A stretch of DNA of 63,999 nt, counting the filler, from an uncultured bacterium (GTDB lineage: Bacteria > CAZSTA01), in assembly GCA_964609495.1 (NCBI GenBank). It is 6 parts of 6 records of this genome, joined end to end, with 100 filler letters (N's around TTAATTAATTAA, not from the genome) between each part and the next. Parts side by side here need not be neighbours in the genome. Positions count along the whole stretch, not along the records: positions 23,399 to 34,755 come from CAZSTA010000113.1; positions 34,856 to 46,205 come from CAZSTA010000114.1; 4 more parts are not named here. One strand, given 5' to 3'. Under the pieces are notes generated by a model. It was not told where the DNA came from and made no database searches. It saw nothing but the letters and a program-made list of their open reading frames with translations. The position numbers were made by a program, and so were the translations under genes. Shown here piece by piece: positions 29,613 to 39,764 of the stretch (position 1 is its first letter; each line of letters opens with the position of its first letter).

Positions 29613-30548
29613 TTAATCAGATGGTTCTTGGAACAGATCGGTGCTCAGATACCTTTCCCCGGTATCGGGCAAGATAACTACCACGATCTTTCCCCTGCCT
29701 AATTTCCGAGCTACTTGAATAGCTGCCCAAGCCGCTGCTCCAGAGGAGATACCTACTAATAACCCCTCCTCCTTAGCTAAGCGACGAGAGGTAGCCGCAG
29801 CGTCTTCATCAGTAACCTGTATTATCTCATCCAAGATATCAACATTCAAAACCTTAGGAACGAAACCAGCACCTATCCCCTGAATCTTATGAGGACCAGG
29901 CTTCCCTCCAGAAAGTATCGGAGAATTGGCTGGCTCCACAGCAACTATTTTCGCCTTAACACCCTTTTCCCTCAGAATCTCCCCTACTCCAGTAATAGTC
30001 CCTCCAGTGCCTATTCCAGCTACAAAAGCATCAATATCAGTGCCTACCTGATCCAATATCTCCATCACCGTGGTCCTACGGTGAATTTCAGGATTAGCAG
30101 GATTCTTGAACTGCTGAGGCATAAAATAGCTAGGGTTATCAGATACTAGCTCTTCAGCCTTTTGCACAGCTCCGGACATTCCCCTATCGCCCGGCGTCAA
30201 TACTATCTCCGCTCCGTAGGCTTCAAGCAGACTTCTCCTCTCTATAGTCATCGTATCTGGCATAGTCAAGATCAACTTATATCCCTTTACAGCTGCAACC
30301 ATAGCTAAGCCTATTCCCGTATTACCACTGGTAGGCTCCACAATTGTCGCTCCCGGCTTTAACACCCCTTCCTTCTCAGCAGCCTCGATCATATTGAGAC
30401 ATATCCTATCCTTAATGCTTCCCCCGGGGTTAAAGGACTCGAGCTTCGCCCAAATCGTAGCATTCTCCTCCCCTACTACCCTGTTCAACTTAATTACAGG
30501 AGTCGCTCCGATAAGCTGTAGAACGTTGTCAACAATTCTATACTTCAC
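29613..30548 (-). CDS. cysK: Cysteine synthase A
   Basis: [42 protein letters not shown]. Confidence 0.96.
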   Translation of the reverse strand: MKYRIVDNVLQLIGATPVIKLNRVVGEENATIWAKLESFNPGGSIKDRICLNMIEAAEKEGVLKPGATIVEPTSGNTGIGLAMVAAVKGYKLILTMPDTMTIERRSLLEAYGAEIVLTPGDRGMSGAVQKAEELVSDNPSYFMPQQFKNPANPEIHRRTTVMEILDQVGTDIDAFVAGIGTGGTITGVGEILREKGVKAKIVAVEPANSPILSGGKPGPHKIQGIGAGFVPKVLNVDILDEIIQVTDEDAAATSRRLAKEEGLLVGISSGAAAWAAIQVARKLGRGKIVVVILPDTGERYLSTDLFQEPSD

Positions 30549-30685
30549 TTGATATCCCCCTTCGGTCTTGAGATAATATTTCTAAACTTACTTTTAGAAG
30601 AAAATAGAAATTAATCATAAATAACTCCTATTTAATTCTTCTTAAAGATTATTAAAGAAAATTAGTATTAATATCTCCAGCTTAA

Positions 30686-30714
30686 ATTATATCATACTTA
30701 ACCAGAATTGTCAA
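30686..30714 (-). promoter_or_regulatory. Consensus sigma70 promoter for cysK
   Basis: TTGACA-17bp-TATAAT with extended TG on the minus strand. Confidence 0.82.
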
Positions 30715-30769
30715 TAATAATTTTAAAAAATTGGATATATTCGGATGCCTATAAAATTGGGGATCACAG

Positions 30770-30798
30770 TTGACTTTTGAGGAAATTTAAGTTATACT
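30770..30798 (+). promoter_or_regulatory. Sigma70 promoter for the MMPL gene
   Basis: TTGACT-17bp-TATACT. Confidence 0.7.
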
Positions 30799-30895
30799 TA
30801 TAATCAAAAGAATAAAATTGAAGTTTTCGAAAATGCGTCTAAATTAGTTGAACTGAGCTTTTCTAAGGTTAGCTTGCGTTGAAGGAGGGGAGAGC

Positions 30896-33775
30896 TTGCC
30901 TACTATAGGCGATACCAGGAGAAGGATCTTAAGAAATATAGGCATCATCTCGCATAGTCAACACAAGCGAGTCTTATTTATTGGGCTTATAATCACCTTG
31001 CTTTTAGGAGCTACAGCTATATTTAAGCTGAAAGCGAACGTAGATCTAATCCATCTCCTATCCAGCTCCTCAGTGGTAAAACGCTTCGACTATGCCCTGG
31101 AAGACTTCGATAGCACCAGCAGTCTAGCAGTAGTCATAGAATCCTCCTCACCAGATAATATAGAGAAAGCTCAGCAACTATCGGATTACCTCGCCTCTCA
31201 AATTCTAGAGCTAAAGGATGATAAATCGGAAAAATTAGTCAAGAGAATCGATTATAAGATAGATGCGGATTTCTTTCGAAAAAGAGGATTACTATACTTC
31301 TCCCCAGAAGATCTGGAGAAAATAAAGGATTTTCTCATCCAAAAGAAGGACCTTCTCCAATCCCTCCTCCCCGATTTTAATACCCCCAATTTCTATGAAA
31401 CTATAAATAGCATAATAGCAGGCTCGGTCGAAGATGCTCTCTCTATGACCGATGAGGAGATAAGCCAACAGTTAGATACCTTATTGAATATCCTCGTTCT
31501 CACCTCCAACTATATAGAGAAGGGAGATAAATTCGACTCCAAAGGGGAAGAGGTTTTAGATGCTCTCCAGAATTTCCTCCTTCAGGGAAAAAAGGTCGAG
31601 GGTATGGAGATGCTCCAAAGCCCCTATTTCCTGACCTCTCCTGATAAGAAATTCATTTTGATGCCAGTTCAACCAAATCAACCCCGTATGGATATGTCCA
31701 CCGTTGAAGGGAAAAGAAGACGGCAGGAACAACTCTATAGACTTACCGCCGCGGTTAAGAAAGTTATAGAGGAGGCTGAAAAGAAACCAGAATTCTCCTC
31801 CCTGAGAATAGGTTTAATTGGAGAACCAGCTCTTATCTACGAATGGGTAGCCGCTATTTGGAAAGATATGGGCTCCGCCCTATTAGTGGCTATAGTGGCG
31901 ATAGCTATACTTCTCTTAATTCTATATTATAGGAATCCCTTTAACTTCGTTTTGGCTATAACCCCGGTAGTGATGAGCGTTATCTGGATGCTGGGTATTA
32001 CAGCTTTGTTCCCAGGCTATCTTACGATCTTCACCGCTACCTGTGCCTCCTTAATCATAGCTCTAGGAGTGGATTTCGCAGTATATCTAATCCTCCGCTA
32101 CGAAGAGGAAAGGAGAGCGGAAAGGAATATTAAAGAAGCGATAGATATCACTATGACCACCACTGGTCAAACTATTCTCACCAGTGGTGCTACTATGGCT
32201 CTAGCCTTTTATGTGCTAATGATAACTGGCTTTCAGGGATTAGCGGAGATGGGATTCATAGTGGGAACCGGTATCCTGATATGTATTGCGGTGACCTTCT
32301 TCGTCGTTCCAGCACTTATCACCTGGTGGGAGACAAGATCTATAAGGATGAACAGAGCCTCGGTTTTAGCTCAAAGACGGCGTCTAGTTACCGGTGTATT
32401 CGATGATATGTCTTGGCATTTCGAGTTATTTATAGCTAAATATTATAAGCTCATTCTAGTGGTCCTAATATTAATCACCCTCTTCTTCGGATATCAACTG
32501 AAGAATGCTCAGATCAGCTATGACTGGGTAGATATGCAATCGGTGGGGGAAGCTATCAAGTGGCAACGGAAGGTTATGAAATCCTTCGATATGTCCTTGG
32601 ATTTTGGAATAGTCATCGCAGACGATATAAAGACCAATAGGGTTATGGCTGATAAGTTAAGCGGTTATGAGGATATCGCAATGGTTGATTCGCTCGTTCT
32701 CTTCTATCCCGATCGGCAAAAAGAGAAGTTACCAATGCTCAAGGAATTGGATGAGAATATCGGAGATCTAGAAGTTGACGCTCTCTCTCATCCTATAACC
32801 AGGAAGGATAAACCTAGGATAGAGGCTGAACTTGATAATTTAAGCGATAGTCTCCAAGAGTTCAGTCTCAACGCCTTCATCGGTGGATTAGATAGAACTG
32901 CGAATAAAACCGAGGAGATGGCTTCTTTTACAAAAGGTTTAAAAGAGCGGATAGCTGATGATGAAGGATCAATTGAGGCTTTAGCTCGTCTGGAGAAGAA
33001 TACCTACGCGCGAATGAAACAGCTAATTGGAGAATTTAAGGAGATGACGAAGGTCGAAGAGATCACCCTTGATTCCCTACCACCTGCTCTGATTCAGAAA
33101 TATACTGGTAAAGAAGATGATTATATAACCTTTGTCTATCCCGCTGAGGATATTTGGGGCAAAGAGCGACTCACTAACTATGTATCCGTTCTGCAAAAAG
33201 TAGATCCCGAGGCTACTGGCGTAGGTGCTCTATTCTCTCAACTTATGAGGGAGATAATGCCCTATTTCATAAGAACCAGCATCATCTCCCTTCTGATCAT
33301 CATTCAACTGCTTTACATCGACTTTGGAACTCTGAGAGCTACCTTATCCTCTATCATTCCTATGCTCATCGGCGCGATCTGGATGATGGGAATGATAACC
33401 TTATTGGGTATGAAGATAAATGCCGTCAATATAATAGCTGTGCCGATAATCTTCGGTATAGGATCCAGCTCAGGGGTTTATATCCTCCACCGTTATCGCA
33501 CCGATGGTGTGCCGATGGCAATTGCGATTAGCCATAGTGGTAGAGTGATCTTAATCTCGGCCTTAACCAGTATAGCTGGTTTTGGAAGTTTAGCTTTTGC
33601 CTCTCATCGGGGATTAGAAAGCTTGGGGAGGGTGCTGTCCTGGGGAATATTCTTCTGTTTTATGGCTTCCCTTATCGTATTGCCAGTAGTTATAAAGATG
33701 ATCTTACGAAGAGAGGAGGTTCCCACAGAAGTTAGTTCAGAGGAAGAGGAATTCGATATAGACGCCACTTTTTAA
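30896..33775 (+). CDS. MMPL/RND-family exporter
   Basis: Two (1+5 TM) repeats with large extracytoplasmic loops; LGVDFAVY..RY and SALTSIAGFGSL motifs. Confidence 0.9.
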   Translation: MPTIGDTRRRILRNIGIISHSQHKRVLFIGLIITLLLGATAIFKLKANVDLIHLLSSSSVVKRFDYALEDFDSTSSLAVVIESSSPDNIEKAQQLSDYLASQILELKDDKSEKLVKRIDYKIDADFFRKRGLLYFSPEDLEKIKDFLIQKKDLLQSLLPDFNTPNFYETINSIIAGSVEDALSMTDEEISQQLDTLLNILVLTSNYIEKGDKFDSKGEEVLDALQNFLLQGKKVEGMEMLQSPYFLTSPDKKFILMPVQPNQPRMDMSTVEGKRRRQEQLYRLTAAVKKVIEEAEKKPEFSSLRIGLIGEPALIYEWVAAIWKDMGSALLVAIVAIAILLLILYYRNPFNFVLAITPVVMSVIWMLGITALFPGYLTIFTATCASLIIALGVDFAVYLILRYEEERRAERNIKEAIDITMTTTGQTILTSGATMALAFYVLMITGFQGLAEMGFIVGTGILICIAVTFFVVPALITWWETRSIRMNRASVLAQRRRLVTGVFDDMSWHFELFIAKYYKLILVVLILITLFFGYQLKNAQISYDWVDMQSVGEAIKWQRKVMKSFDMSLDFGIVIADDIKTNRVMADKLSGYEDIAMVDSLVLFYPDRQKEKLPMLKELDENIGDLEVDALSHPITRKDKPRIEAELDNLSDSLQEFSLNAFIGGLDRTANKTEEMASFTKGLKERIADDEGSIEALARLEKNTYARMKQLIGEFKEMTKVEEITLDSLPPALIQKYTGKEDDYITFVYPAEDIWGKERLTNYVSVLQKVDPEATGVGALFSQLMREIMPYFIRTSIISLLIIIQLLYIDFGTLRATLSSIIPMLIGAIWMMGMITLLGMKINAVNIIAVPIIFGIGSSSGVYILHRYRTDGVPMAIAISHSGRVILISALTSIAGFGSLAFASHRGLESLGRVLSWGIFFCFMASLIVLPVVIKMILRREEVPTEVSSEEEEFDIDATF

Positions 33776-33808
33776 TCTAACACTTTAAGGAAAAGGAGGA
33801 TTTGTTCT

Positions 33809-34588
33809 ATGAATTCAAAGAGTGTTAAACCATCTGTGATCGTCGGGGTTCTCATTATATCGCTGTGCTTAGCGAATCTGTCCCTTGCCGCAGAGCCAAC
33901 AGCAGAGGAGATCATAAAGAGCGTAGATACCGCTCTAAGAGCAGGAGGCAATAATACCGCTTCCGCTGAGATGACCATTACCACCACTACGGGAGAGAAG
34001 AGAACTTTCGATCTAGATCTATATGTTAAACTTGATGAGACAGTGAAAACTTTAATCCGCTTCTTGGGTCCGCCTAAGGTAAAGGGAGTCGGGTATCTGA
34101 TCTTGGGAGATACTTTGAAGGTTTTCTATCCCACCACTGGGCGAATTCAAGCTTTGCCCTCCTCCATCATTCGCAAGGGGCTACAAGGAAGTGATTTCAC
34201 CCTTGAGGATATAATCCGTTCTAAGCCCTTCAGCGGGAATTATACTCCTAAGATATTAGGGACTGAAAAGCTGGAGGGGAAAGATGTTTACGTCTTAGAG
34301 CTTACCGCGGCTGGGAAGGACCTCGCTTATAGCAAACTTAAGATGTGGGTCGATGCGGAGAGCCTCACTCCAGCAAAGCAGGAGTATTATGATCTGGATG
34401 GTAAACTACTTAAAACTCTATATTATAAGGATATTAAAGATATGGAGGGTTTCTGGTCGCCGATGCTCTTGGTAGTGGAAAATGAGCAGACCGGTCATAA
34501 GAGCACTGTTGTTATAAAGAAGTATGACTTCACGACTGTGATCCCCGATGATACCTTCACTGAACGGAAGCTAAGGGACTGGAAATAA
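33809..34588 (+). CDS. Outer-membrane lipoprotein-sorting (LolA-like) protein
   Basis: Signal peptide; F..P..VKG..YL, GSDFT.ED, YSK..MWVD, YYD.DGKLLK, FT.R.L motifs. Confidence 0.85.
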   Translation: MNSKSVKPSVIVGVLIISLCLANLSLAAEPTAEEIIKSVDTALRAGGNNTASAEMTITTTTGEKRTFDLDLYVKLDETVKTLIRFLGPPKVKGVGYLILGDTLKVFYPTTGRIQALPSSIIRKGLQGSDFTLEDIIRSKPFSGNYTPKILGTEKLEGKDVYVLELTAAGKDLAYSKLKMWVDAESLTPAKQEYYDLDGKLLKTLYYKDIKDMEGFWSPMLLVVENEQTGHKSTVVIKKYDFTTVIPDDTFTERKLRDWK

Positions 34589-34623
34589 TATTTGGGTTCA
34601 AGTTGTCATTTCCCTTATTGATC

Positions 34624-34674
34624 TTTGCCAAATTAATAGGACTATTGAAGATTTTTCTCCTGTTAGATCTCGAA
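34624..34674. repeat. Dispersed about 52-bp repeat, reverse complement of 42455-42507
   Basis: TTTGCC(A/G)AATTAATAGGACTATTGAAGATTTTTCTC...AGATCTCGAA; degenerate third copy at 34705-34737. Confidence 0.8.
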
Positions 34675-34755
34675 TCCACCTTAAATCCCCCTCCCGTCCC
34701 GGTTTTTGCTGAATTAATAAGGCTATCAAAGAATCTTGTTAATTATCACCCTCCC

Positions 34756-34855
34756 NNNNNNNNNNNNNNNNNNNNNNNNNNNNNNNNNNNNNNNNNNNNT
34801 TAATTAATTAANNNNNNNNNNNNNNNNNNNNNNNNNNNNNNNNNNNNNNNNNNNN
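34756..34855. other. Artificial contig linker
   Basis: N44-TTAATTAATTAA-N44. Confidence 0.98.
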
Positions 34856-34857
34856 AG

Positions 34858-35961
34858 GAAGATCTACAACTGTTATCCACCTTCGCCTATCAGGCTAGCT
34901 TGGCTATCGAGAGCGCTCGATATTTGATAGATTTAGAGAAGGAAAAAGGGGAGTTGGAGGCCATCTTAAATAGCACTGGCGATGCTATCATCGCTGTTGA
35001 CGAACAGGGTAGAGTGTTAATGGCGAATCCCGCCTTTGGGGAAGCTTTTGATATTAAGGTCAAGGAGATCATAGGTCTGCCTATTCATAGTATCAAGAAC
35101 GATTCTTTACAAAAGCTATGTGCAATGGTTGATGAAACGGAAGGTTTGACCAAGGAGCTTACTTTAGATTCGGAGAAGACTTTCTTAGTCACCATATCTC
35201 CAGTGGAAGATAGTAAAGGAAATAAAATAGGCTGTATGGCAGTATTACAAGATATAAGCTATCTAAAGGAGTTAGATGAGATGAAAACAGAGTTCCTATT
35301 CAGCGCCTCTCATGATTTGAAGCTTCCTCTTTCCTCTATCATAAGTTATGCTGATGTATTGGCAAGCGGGATGATGGGCGAGTTGGATTATAAGCAGCGG
35401 GAATTCTTGGAGGTGATCATCAGATCAGCGGATAATATGTCAAATTTGATCACTGATATTCTTGATATCGTTAGAATCGAATCTGGGATTAAGATAACTA
35501 TGGAGCTGTGCCAGTTGGACCTCATTATCAAAGAAAGTATTTTGGATTTCAAACATCTGATTAGAGATAAGGGATTAGAGTTGAGAAGCTCTATACCGCC
35601 TCTACCAAAAGTATGGGGCAATAAGATTAGATTGAAACAGGCTATCAGCAACCTCCTCAGTAACGCTATTAGATATACCTCGAAAGGAACGATTTCTATC
35701 GAGGCTAAAGAGGAACAGGGATATATAACGGTTAGCGTTCGAGATACCGGGATAGGTATTGCGGCTGAGGATCAGCCATACATCTTCGATAAATTCTATC
35801 GAATCAAAGATAAGAAAACGCGTGATATAAAGGGAACCGGGTTGGGATTATCTATAGTGAAGTCCGTAGTGGAAAGGCATGGGGGGACAGTAGGAGCGGA
35901 GAGTAAAGTAGGTGAGGGAAGTAGCTTCTACTTCACCTTGCCAGTATATAAGGCTGACTAG
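34858..35961 (+). CDS. Sensor histidine kinase, 5' truncated (GAF tail, PAS, HisKA, HATPase)
   Basis: Open frame from the contig start EDLQLLSTFAYQASLAIE; SHDLKLP H-box, NLLSNAIRY, DTGIG, GTGLGL. Confidence 0.92.
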   Translation, partial: EDLQLLSTFAYQASLAIESARYLIDLEKEKGELEAILNSTGDAIIAVDEQGRVLMANPAFGEAFDIKVKEIIGLPIHSIKNDSLQKLCAMVDETEGLTKELTLDSEKTFLVTISPVEDSKGNKIGCMAVLQDISYLKELDEMKTEFLFSASHDLKLPLSSIISYADVLASGMMGELDYKQREFLEVIIRSADNMSNLITDILDIVRIESGIKITMELCQLDLIIKESILDFKHLIRDKGLELRSSIPPLPKVWGNKIRLKQAISNLLSNAIRYTSKGTISIEAKEEQGYITVSVRDTGIGIAAEDQPYIFDKFYRIKDKKTRDIKGTGLGLSIVKSVVERHGGTVGAESKVGEGSSFYFTLPVYKAD

Positions 35962-36021
35962 ACTTATCGTGCTAAAGGTGAAATTTCCCTTGTTAATAAC
36001 TACAAGAAGGGTGAATAGAGG

Positions 36022-37077
36022 ATGATCGATGAAAAACTTCTGAAAGAGTGTTATGACTCTGATGGAATATACGCTTTACAGCTTGAAATTAACGATAGTT
36101 GTCATCAATTCTGTGACTATTGCTATATGAAAGCGAAAACCATTACCTCCCAGGTATTATCATCTGAGCTTATTAGGGAGATATTAGATGACGCGAAGGA
36201 GTTGGAGGTCTCCCGAATAGAGTGGCTAGGAGGAGAGCCTCTTTTAAGAAGAGATTCTCTTCCGCTTATGGAATATAGTCAGAAAAAGGGGCTAATTAAT
36301 AATATGTGGACAGGTGGTCTTCCCTTGGCCGATCCTGAGATTGCAAAGGGAGTAGTGGAGTTTACTCAAGGTGGGCTAGTTGCATTTCACGTGAGCTCTG
36401 TGAATAAAGATACTTATATGAGATTACACCATGGAGGCTCTGAAACTGATCTTGGAGATATTCTGAAGGGTGTGGAGAATCTCCTTCGTTTCGGTAAAAG
36501 CACTGATATGATTCTCAACAGTATGACCTTCACTAAACCTCAAAGCGTGGAGGATATTTGTCAAACCATAGATTTCTTCTATGATAATTACGGGATATCT
36601 GCCTATGTAAACATCTACCAATTCTATGAACCAGTAAATCGTCTCGCAGAAGAGGATAGGGGGAAATATGCCCCTTCTATCCCTGATATTCGAAGGGTTC
36701 TGAATTACGCGGCTAAAAGGTCTGGTATGCGCTACGCTCTAGCCAACTGTGTAAATAAATATTATTGTAGTGCGACTGCAGCTATCCTTAACGATGGGAG
36801 TCTCACTCCTTGTGCTACTATAAGACCTGCCGATGCCCCGAAAATTTTCGAGGAGGGATTTAAAAATACCTTCTTAAGATATCGAGATGAGCTTATACTT
36901 AAAAAATTGAAGGATCCATCGAATCTGCCTGATGGTTGTCGTGATTGCCCATATAATAAGGAGTGCTGGGGATGTCGAGCAAGAGCTTGGGACTGTTTCG
37001 AGGATATATATGAGAGGGATCCCGCTTGCTTTAGGAATCCCCAAAATCGCTTGTCTTCAGGAGTATATTCCTCCTGA
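36022..37077 (+). CDS. Radical SAM protein with SPASM domain
   Basis: CHQFCDYC, GGEP, C..G.LTPC, CRDCPYNKECWGCRARA, DPAC. Confidence 0.92.
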   Translation: MIDEKLLKECYDSDGIYALQLEINDSCHQFCDYCYMKAKTITSQVLSSELIREILDDAKELEVSRIEWLGGEPLLRRDSLPLMEYSQKKGLINNMWTGGLPLADPEIAKGVVEFTQGGLVAFHVSSVNKDTYMRLHHGGSETDLGDILKGVENLLRFGKSTDMILNSMTFTKPQSVEDICQTIDFFYDNYGISAYVNIYQFYEPVNRLAEEDRGKYAPSIPDIRRVLNYAAKRSGMRYALANCVNKYYCSATAAILNDGSLTPCATIRPADAPKIFEEGFKNTFLRYRDELILKKLKDPSNLPDGCRDCPYNKECWGCRARAWDCFEDIYERDPACFRNPQNRLSSGVYSS

Positions 37078-37103
37078 TCTCTCAAGGGGACTGCTCTTCT
37101 TAT

Positions 37104-37144
37104 CCTCCCCTCCCTTGACGGAAGGGGTTAGGGGGAGGGTGATT
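37104..37144. repeat. Single REP-like unit
   Basis: CCCCTCCCTTGACGGAAGGGGTTAGGGGGAGGGTGATT matches half of the 42334-42446 element. Confidence 0.8.
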
Positions 37145-37191
37145 TAAGCAATTCTCCTTGAAACTGTTCTATAGAAGAGGAGAGATAAATC

Positions 37192-37914
37192 TTGAGAATT
37201 TCATCGCTCTTATATTGTTCTCTTATTATATTATTGGGATTGTTATTCGTAGGATGCCCTCCTCAGGAGAGCTCAAAACCAATCTTTAATCTCAAGGGGG
37301 AGAAGGGAGCTTTGCCTTATGAAGTCATTATAGTGCAGGATGTAAGTAGCTCCAATACAAAGAAAGCCAAGATGTGGATCACATCCACTTCCTCCACTCC
37401 AGAGCGAGTAGTAAGCACTATGCGGAAGGCGATCAGACTCTTCTATGAGGATGACCGGGATCTCGATGGTTTGGAATTATGGTTCTTCAGTGGACACCCA
37501 GAGAAAGCCGATCTGGAGTTGGATAGACGGTTTGTGGCTAAGTGCGTCTGGGCTCCTCAAGGGGAATGGGATAAAATAGATAATTTAGCTTCTAATCCCT
37601 CTCTAGCTAAGCAATATCTTATAAAGGGCGAGATCTCGGGAAGGATGTTTCCGAGTATAATGTATATCATCGAGAGCGCCGTTCCAACTCCAGATGAGGA
37701 TAGAATTTATGTGGCTTATGAGCGAGCCTATAATAGCTCGGCAGCCTCTGAGAATTGGGAGGAGGAGTGTAGGAGGAAAGTCGCTGAGAAATTCGGCATA
37801 ACCCCGGAGGAAGTATTCAAGATTCACAGGAGAGTCGCTTCCTGGTTGAGATCAATCCCTAACATCCCCTTTGAGCTCGATCCCTCTCAGACGGAGGTGA
37901 GATTTATAAAATAG
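37192..37914 (+). CDS. Hypothetical lipoprotein
   Basis: Hydrophobic signal ending FVGC; SD GAGGAG; 1-nt overlap with the next gene. Confidence 0.72.
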   Translation: MRISSLLYCSLIILLGLLFVGCPPQESSKPIFNLKGEKGALPYEVIIVQDVSSSNTKKAKMWITSTSSTPERVVSTMRKAIRLFYEDDRDLDGLELWFFSGHPEKADLELDRRFVAKCVWAPQGEWDKIDNLASNPSLAKQYLIKGEISGRMFPSIMYIIESAVPTPDEDRIYVAYERAYNSSAASENWEEECRRKVAEKFGITPEEVFKIHRRVASWLRSIPNIPFELDPSQTEVRFIK

Positions 37915-39452
37915 TGGTTAGCCCTGCTTCCTTGAATATTCTCTATACTATGCTCGTATTCATTTCATCCCTTATATTATACATATATACCCTCATCCCC
38001 TCTGTAGCTTGGGGAGATGGAGCTATCTTTCAGATAAGTGCTTACTTTATGAGGTTAAGCGTGGGAGCTATGGCTCACCCTCTCTATATAGTCATCGCTA
38101 AATTGTTCACCTTGTTGCCCATTCGCAATGTAGCTTATCGAGTAAATTTAGTCTCCGTCGTCTTTGGGGCTTTGACTGTTATGCTGGTATATCTCATAGC
38201 GGTGGAACTAACCCGAAGCCCCATCCTAGGCTTCGTCTCTGCCATCAGTTTAGCTCTGTCCCATACTTTCTGGCTCCACTCCGTCATCCCCGAGGTCTTA
38301 ACTCTAAATTCCTTCTTTGCGGTATTAGTGATATATCTTCTGATAATATACGAGCGAAAAGGCGATATAAGACTTATTTATTCTGCTTCCTGCGTCTATG
38401 GATTGAGTTTAAGCAATCATCTCCTGATGATTCTTCTTCTTCCTGCGATCCTATTTATGCTAGCGCTATGTAGCAGAAAGTATAAATGGAGAGCTAAAGA
38501 ATGGGGGCTAATTATAATCTTCTTCCTTCTAGGACTCTCCTTCTACCTTTATCTTCTAATCCATAGGGCGACGAAGGTTTCCTTATATCGTCTATTCGAT
38601 GAGGTGAGTGGAGGGAGCTTCAGGCAGGAGATGTTCACCTCTCCTCTCCAGGTGCTATTAAGGAGTATCGTAAAGTTTGGCGCATACCTGATGTATCAAT
38701 TCCCTCTTTTCGGCTTCATTCTAGGATTTATCGGATTATGGCACTCCTTTAAATCCGGCTGGAGGAGAGCGACTTTTCTCCTCCTATGTTTCTTAGGTAA
38801 TACGATCTTCACGCTCAACTACTCCGTAAAAGATCAATTTGTCTTCTATATAACCTCTTATGCTGTATTCGCGATATGGATAGGCTTGGGTGCCGACTGG
38901 CTTTGGCAGAAGATCAAATCGTTCTCTCCCGCGAAGATCATCACCATCCTTCTGTTAGCTTTAACTCCAGTATTATTATATCACTCCCTCCCTTGGGCGA
39001 TAAGGAAGTTCGATATCGATATCGGTTTCCTTCAAGGAGTTTCGCGAGGTCGAGAGACTGCCAAAGTTAGAGGATTACCTCGGGACGAGGAACGGTACTT
39101 CCTAGTTCCTAGCAAACTAGGTGAATATAGCGCAGCTAATTATGGGAGGGTGACTCTTGATAGCCTCGCCCCCGAGGCGATCATAATAGCTGACTGGAAC
39201 CCGAATGCAGTTCTCATCTATTTTCAACAGGTGGAGGGGAGGAGACCAGATGTAACTATAGTAAATAACAGCGGAGTGCCAACCTCCAAGCAGATGGAGA
39301 TTATAGCTGAGGCTTTCGAAGAGGGGAAGCAGGTATATCTTGCCTCGTTAGAACCTCAGTATTATAGCATTAAAGAGATAGAAGATAAATATAAGATAGA
39401 AAGTCAAGGATTTATACATAGATTAGTCCTTAAAGCGAGTGAAGGGAAGTAG
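37914..39452 (+). CDS. DUF2723 / GT-C membrane glycosyltransferase (TMEM260-like)
   Basis: TL.PSV.WGD, HPLY, AYRVNL.S, FW..S...EV..LN, Y.Q.VEG.RPDV motifs. Confidence 0.85.
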   Translation: MVSPASLNILYTMLVFISSLILYIYTLIPSVAWGDGAIFQISAYFMRLSVGAMAHPLYIVIAKLFTLLPIRNVAYRVNLVSVVFGALTVMLVYLIAVELTRSPILGFVSAISLALSHTFWLHSVIPEVLTLNSFFAVLVIYLLIIYERKGDIRLIYSASCVYGLSLSNHLLMILLLPAILFMLALCSRKYKWRAKEWGLIIIFFLLGLSFYLYLLIHRATKVSLYRLFDEVSGGSFRQEMFTSPLQVLLRSIVKFGAYLMYQFPLFGFILGFIGLWHSFKSGWRRATFLLLCFLGNTIFTLNYSVKDQFVFYITSYAVFAIWIGLGADWLWQKIKSFSPAKIITILLLALTPVLLYHSLPWAIRKFDIDIGFLQGVSRGRETAKVRGLPRDEERYFLVPSKLGEYSAANYGRVTLDSLAPEAIIIADWNPNAVLIYFQQVEGRRPDVTIVNNSGVPTSKQMEIIAEAFEEGKQVYLASLEPQYYSIKEIEDKYKIESQGFIHRLVLKASEGK

Positions 39453-39511
39453 CTCTTGGCGTATGAAATTAGACGGTGGTCGCAGAGCTATGAAGCTACG
39501 TAGGATGAGGG

Positions 39512-39553
39512 TAATTAGCACCTCACCCTTCGGATAAGGTGAGGTGCTAATTA
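39512..39553. terminator. Perfect 16-bp inverted repeat, probable terminator or REP-like hairpin
   Basis: TAATTAGCACCTCACC-N10-GGTGAGGTGCTAATTA. Confidence 0.65.
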
Positions 39554-39645
39554 TATGAAAGTTTATTGAAATCACTTGTTGAATATCGATTCGATATAAG
39601 ATCATATCTTAATCACCAAAAAAATTTATCAAGCGAAAATTTGCG

Positions 39646-39674
39646 TTGACAAAAATAGAGAAGTTTGTTATACT
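39646..39674 (+). promoter_or_regulatory. Sigma70 promoter for the FNT gene
   Basis: TTGACA-17bp-TATACT with extended TG. Confidence 0.8.
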
Positions 39675-39764
39675 AAGTTGAATTTTGACTTTTTTGGATG
39701 GAACTGGTAAAATATCAAAAAGTGTAAAATAGAACCTTTAAAAAAGAAAGAAGATGTCTATACA

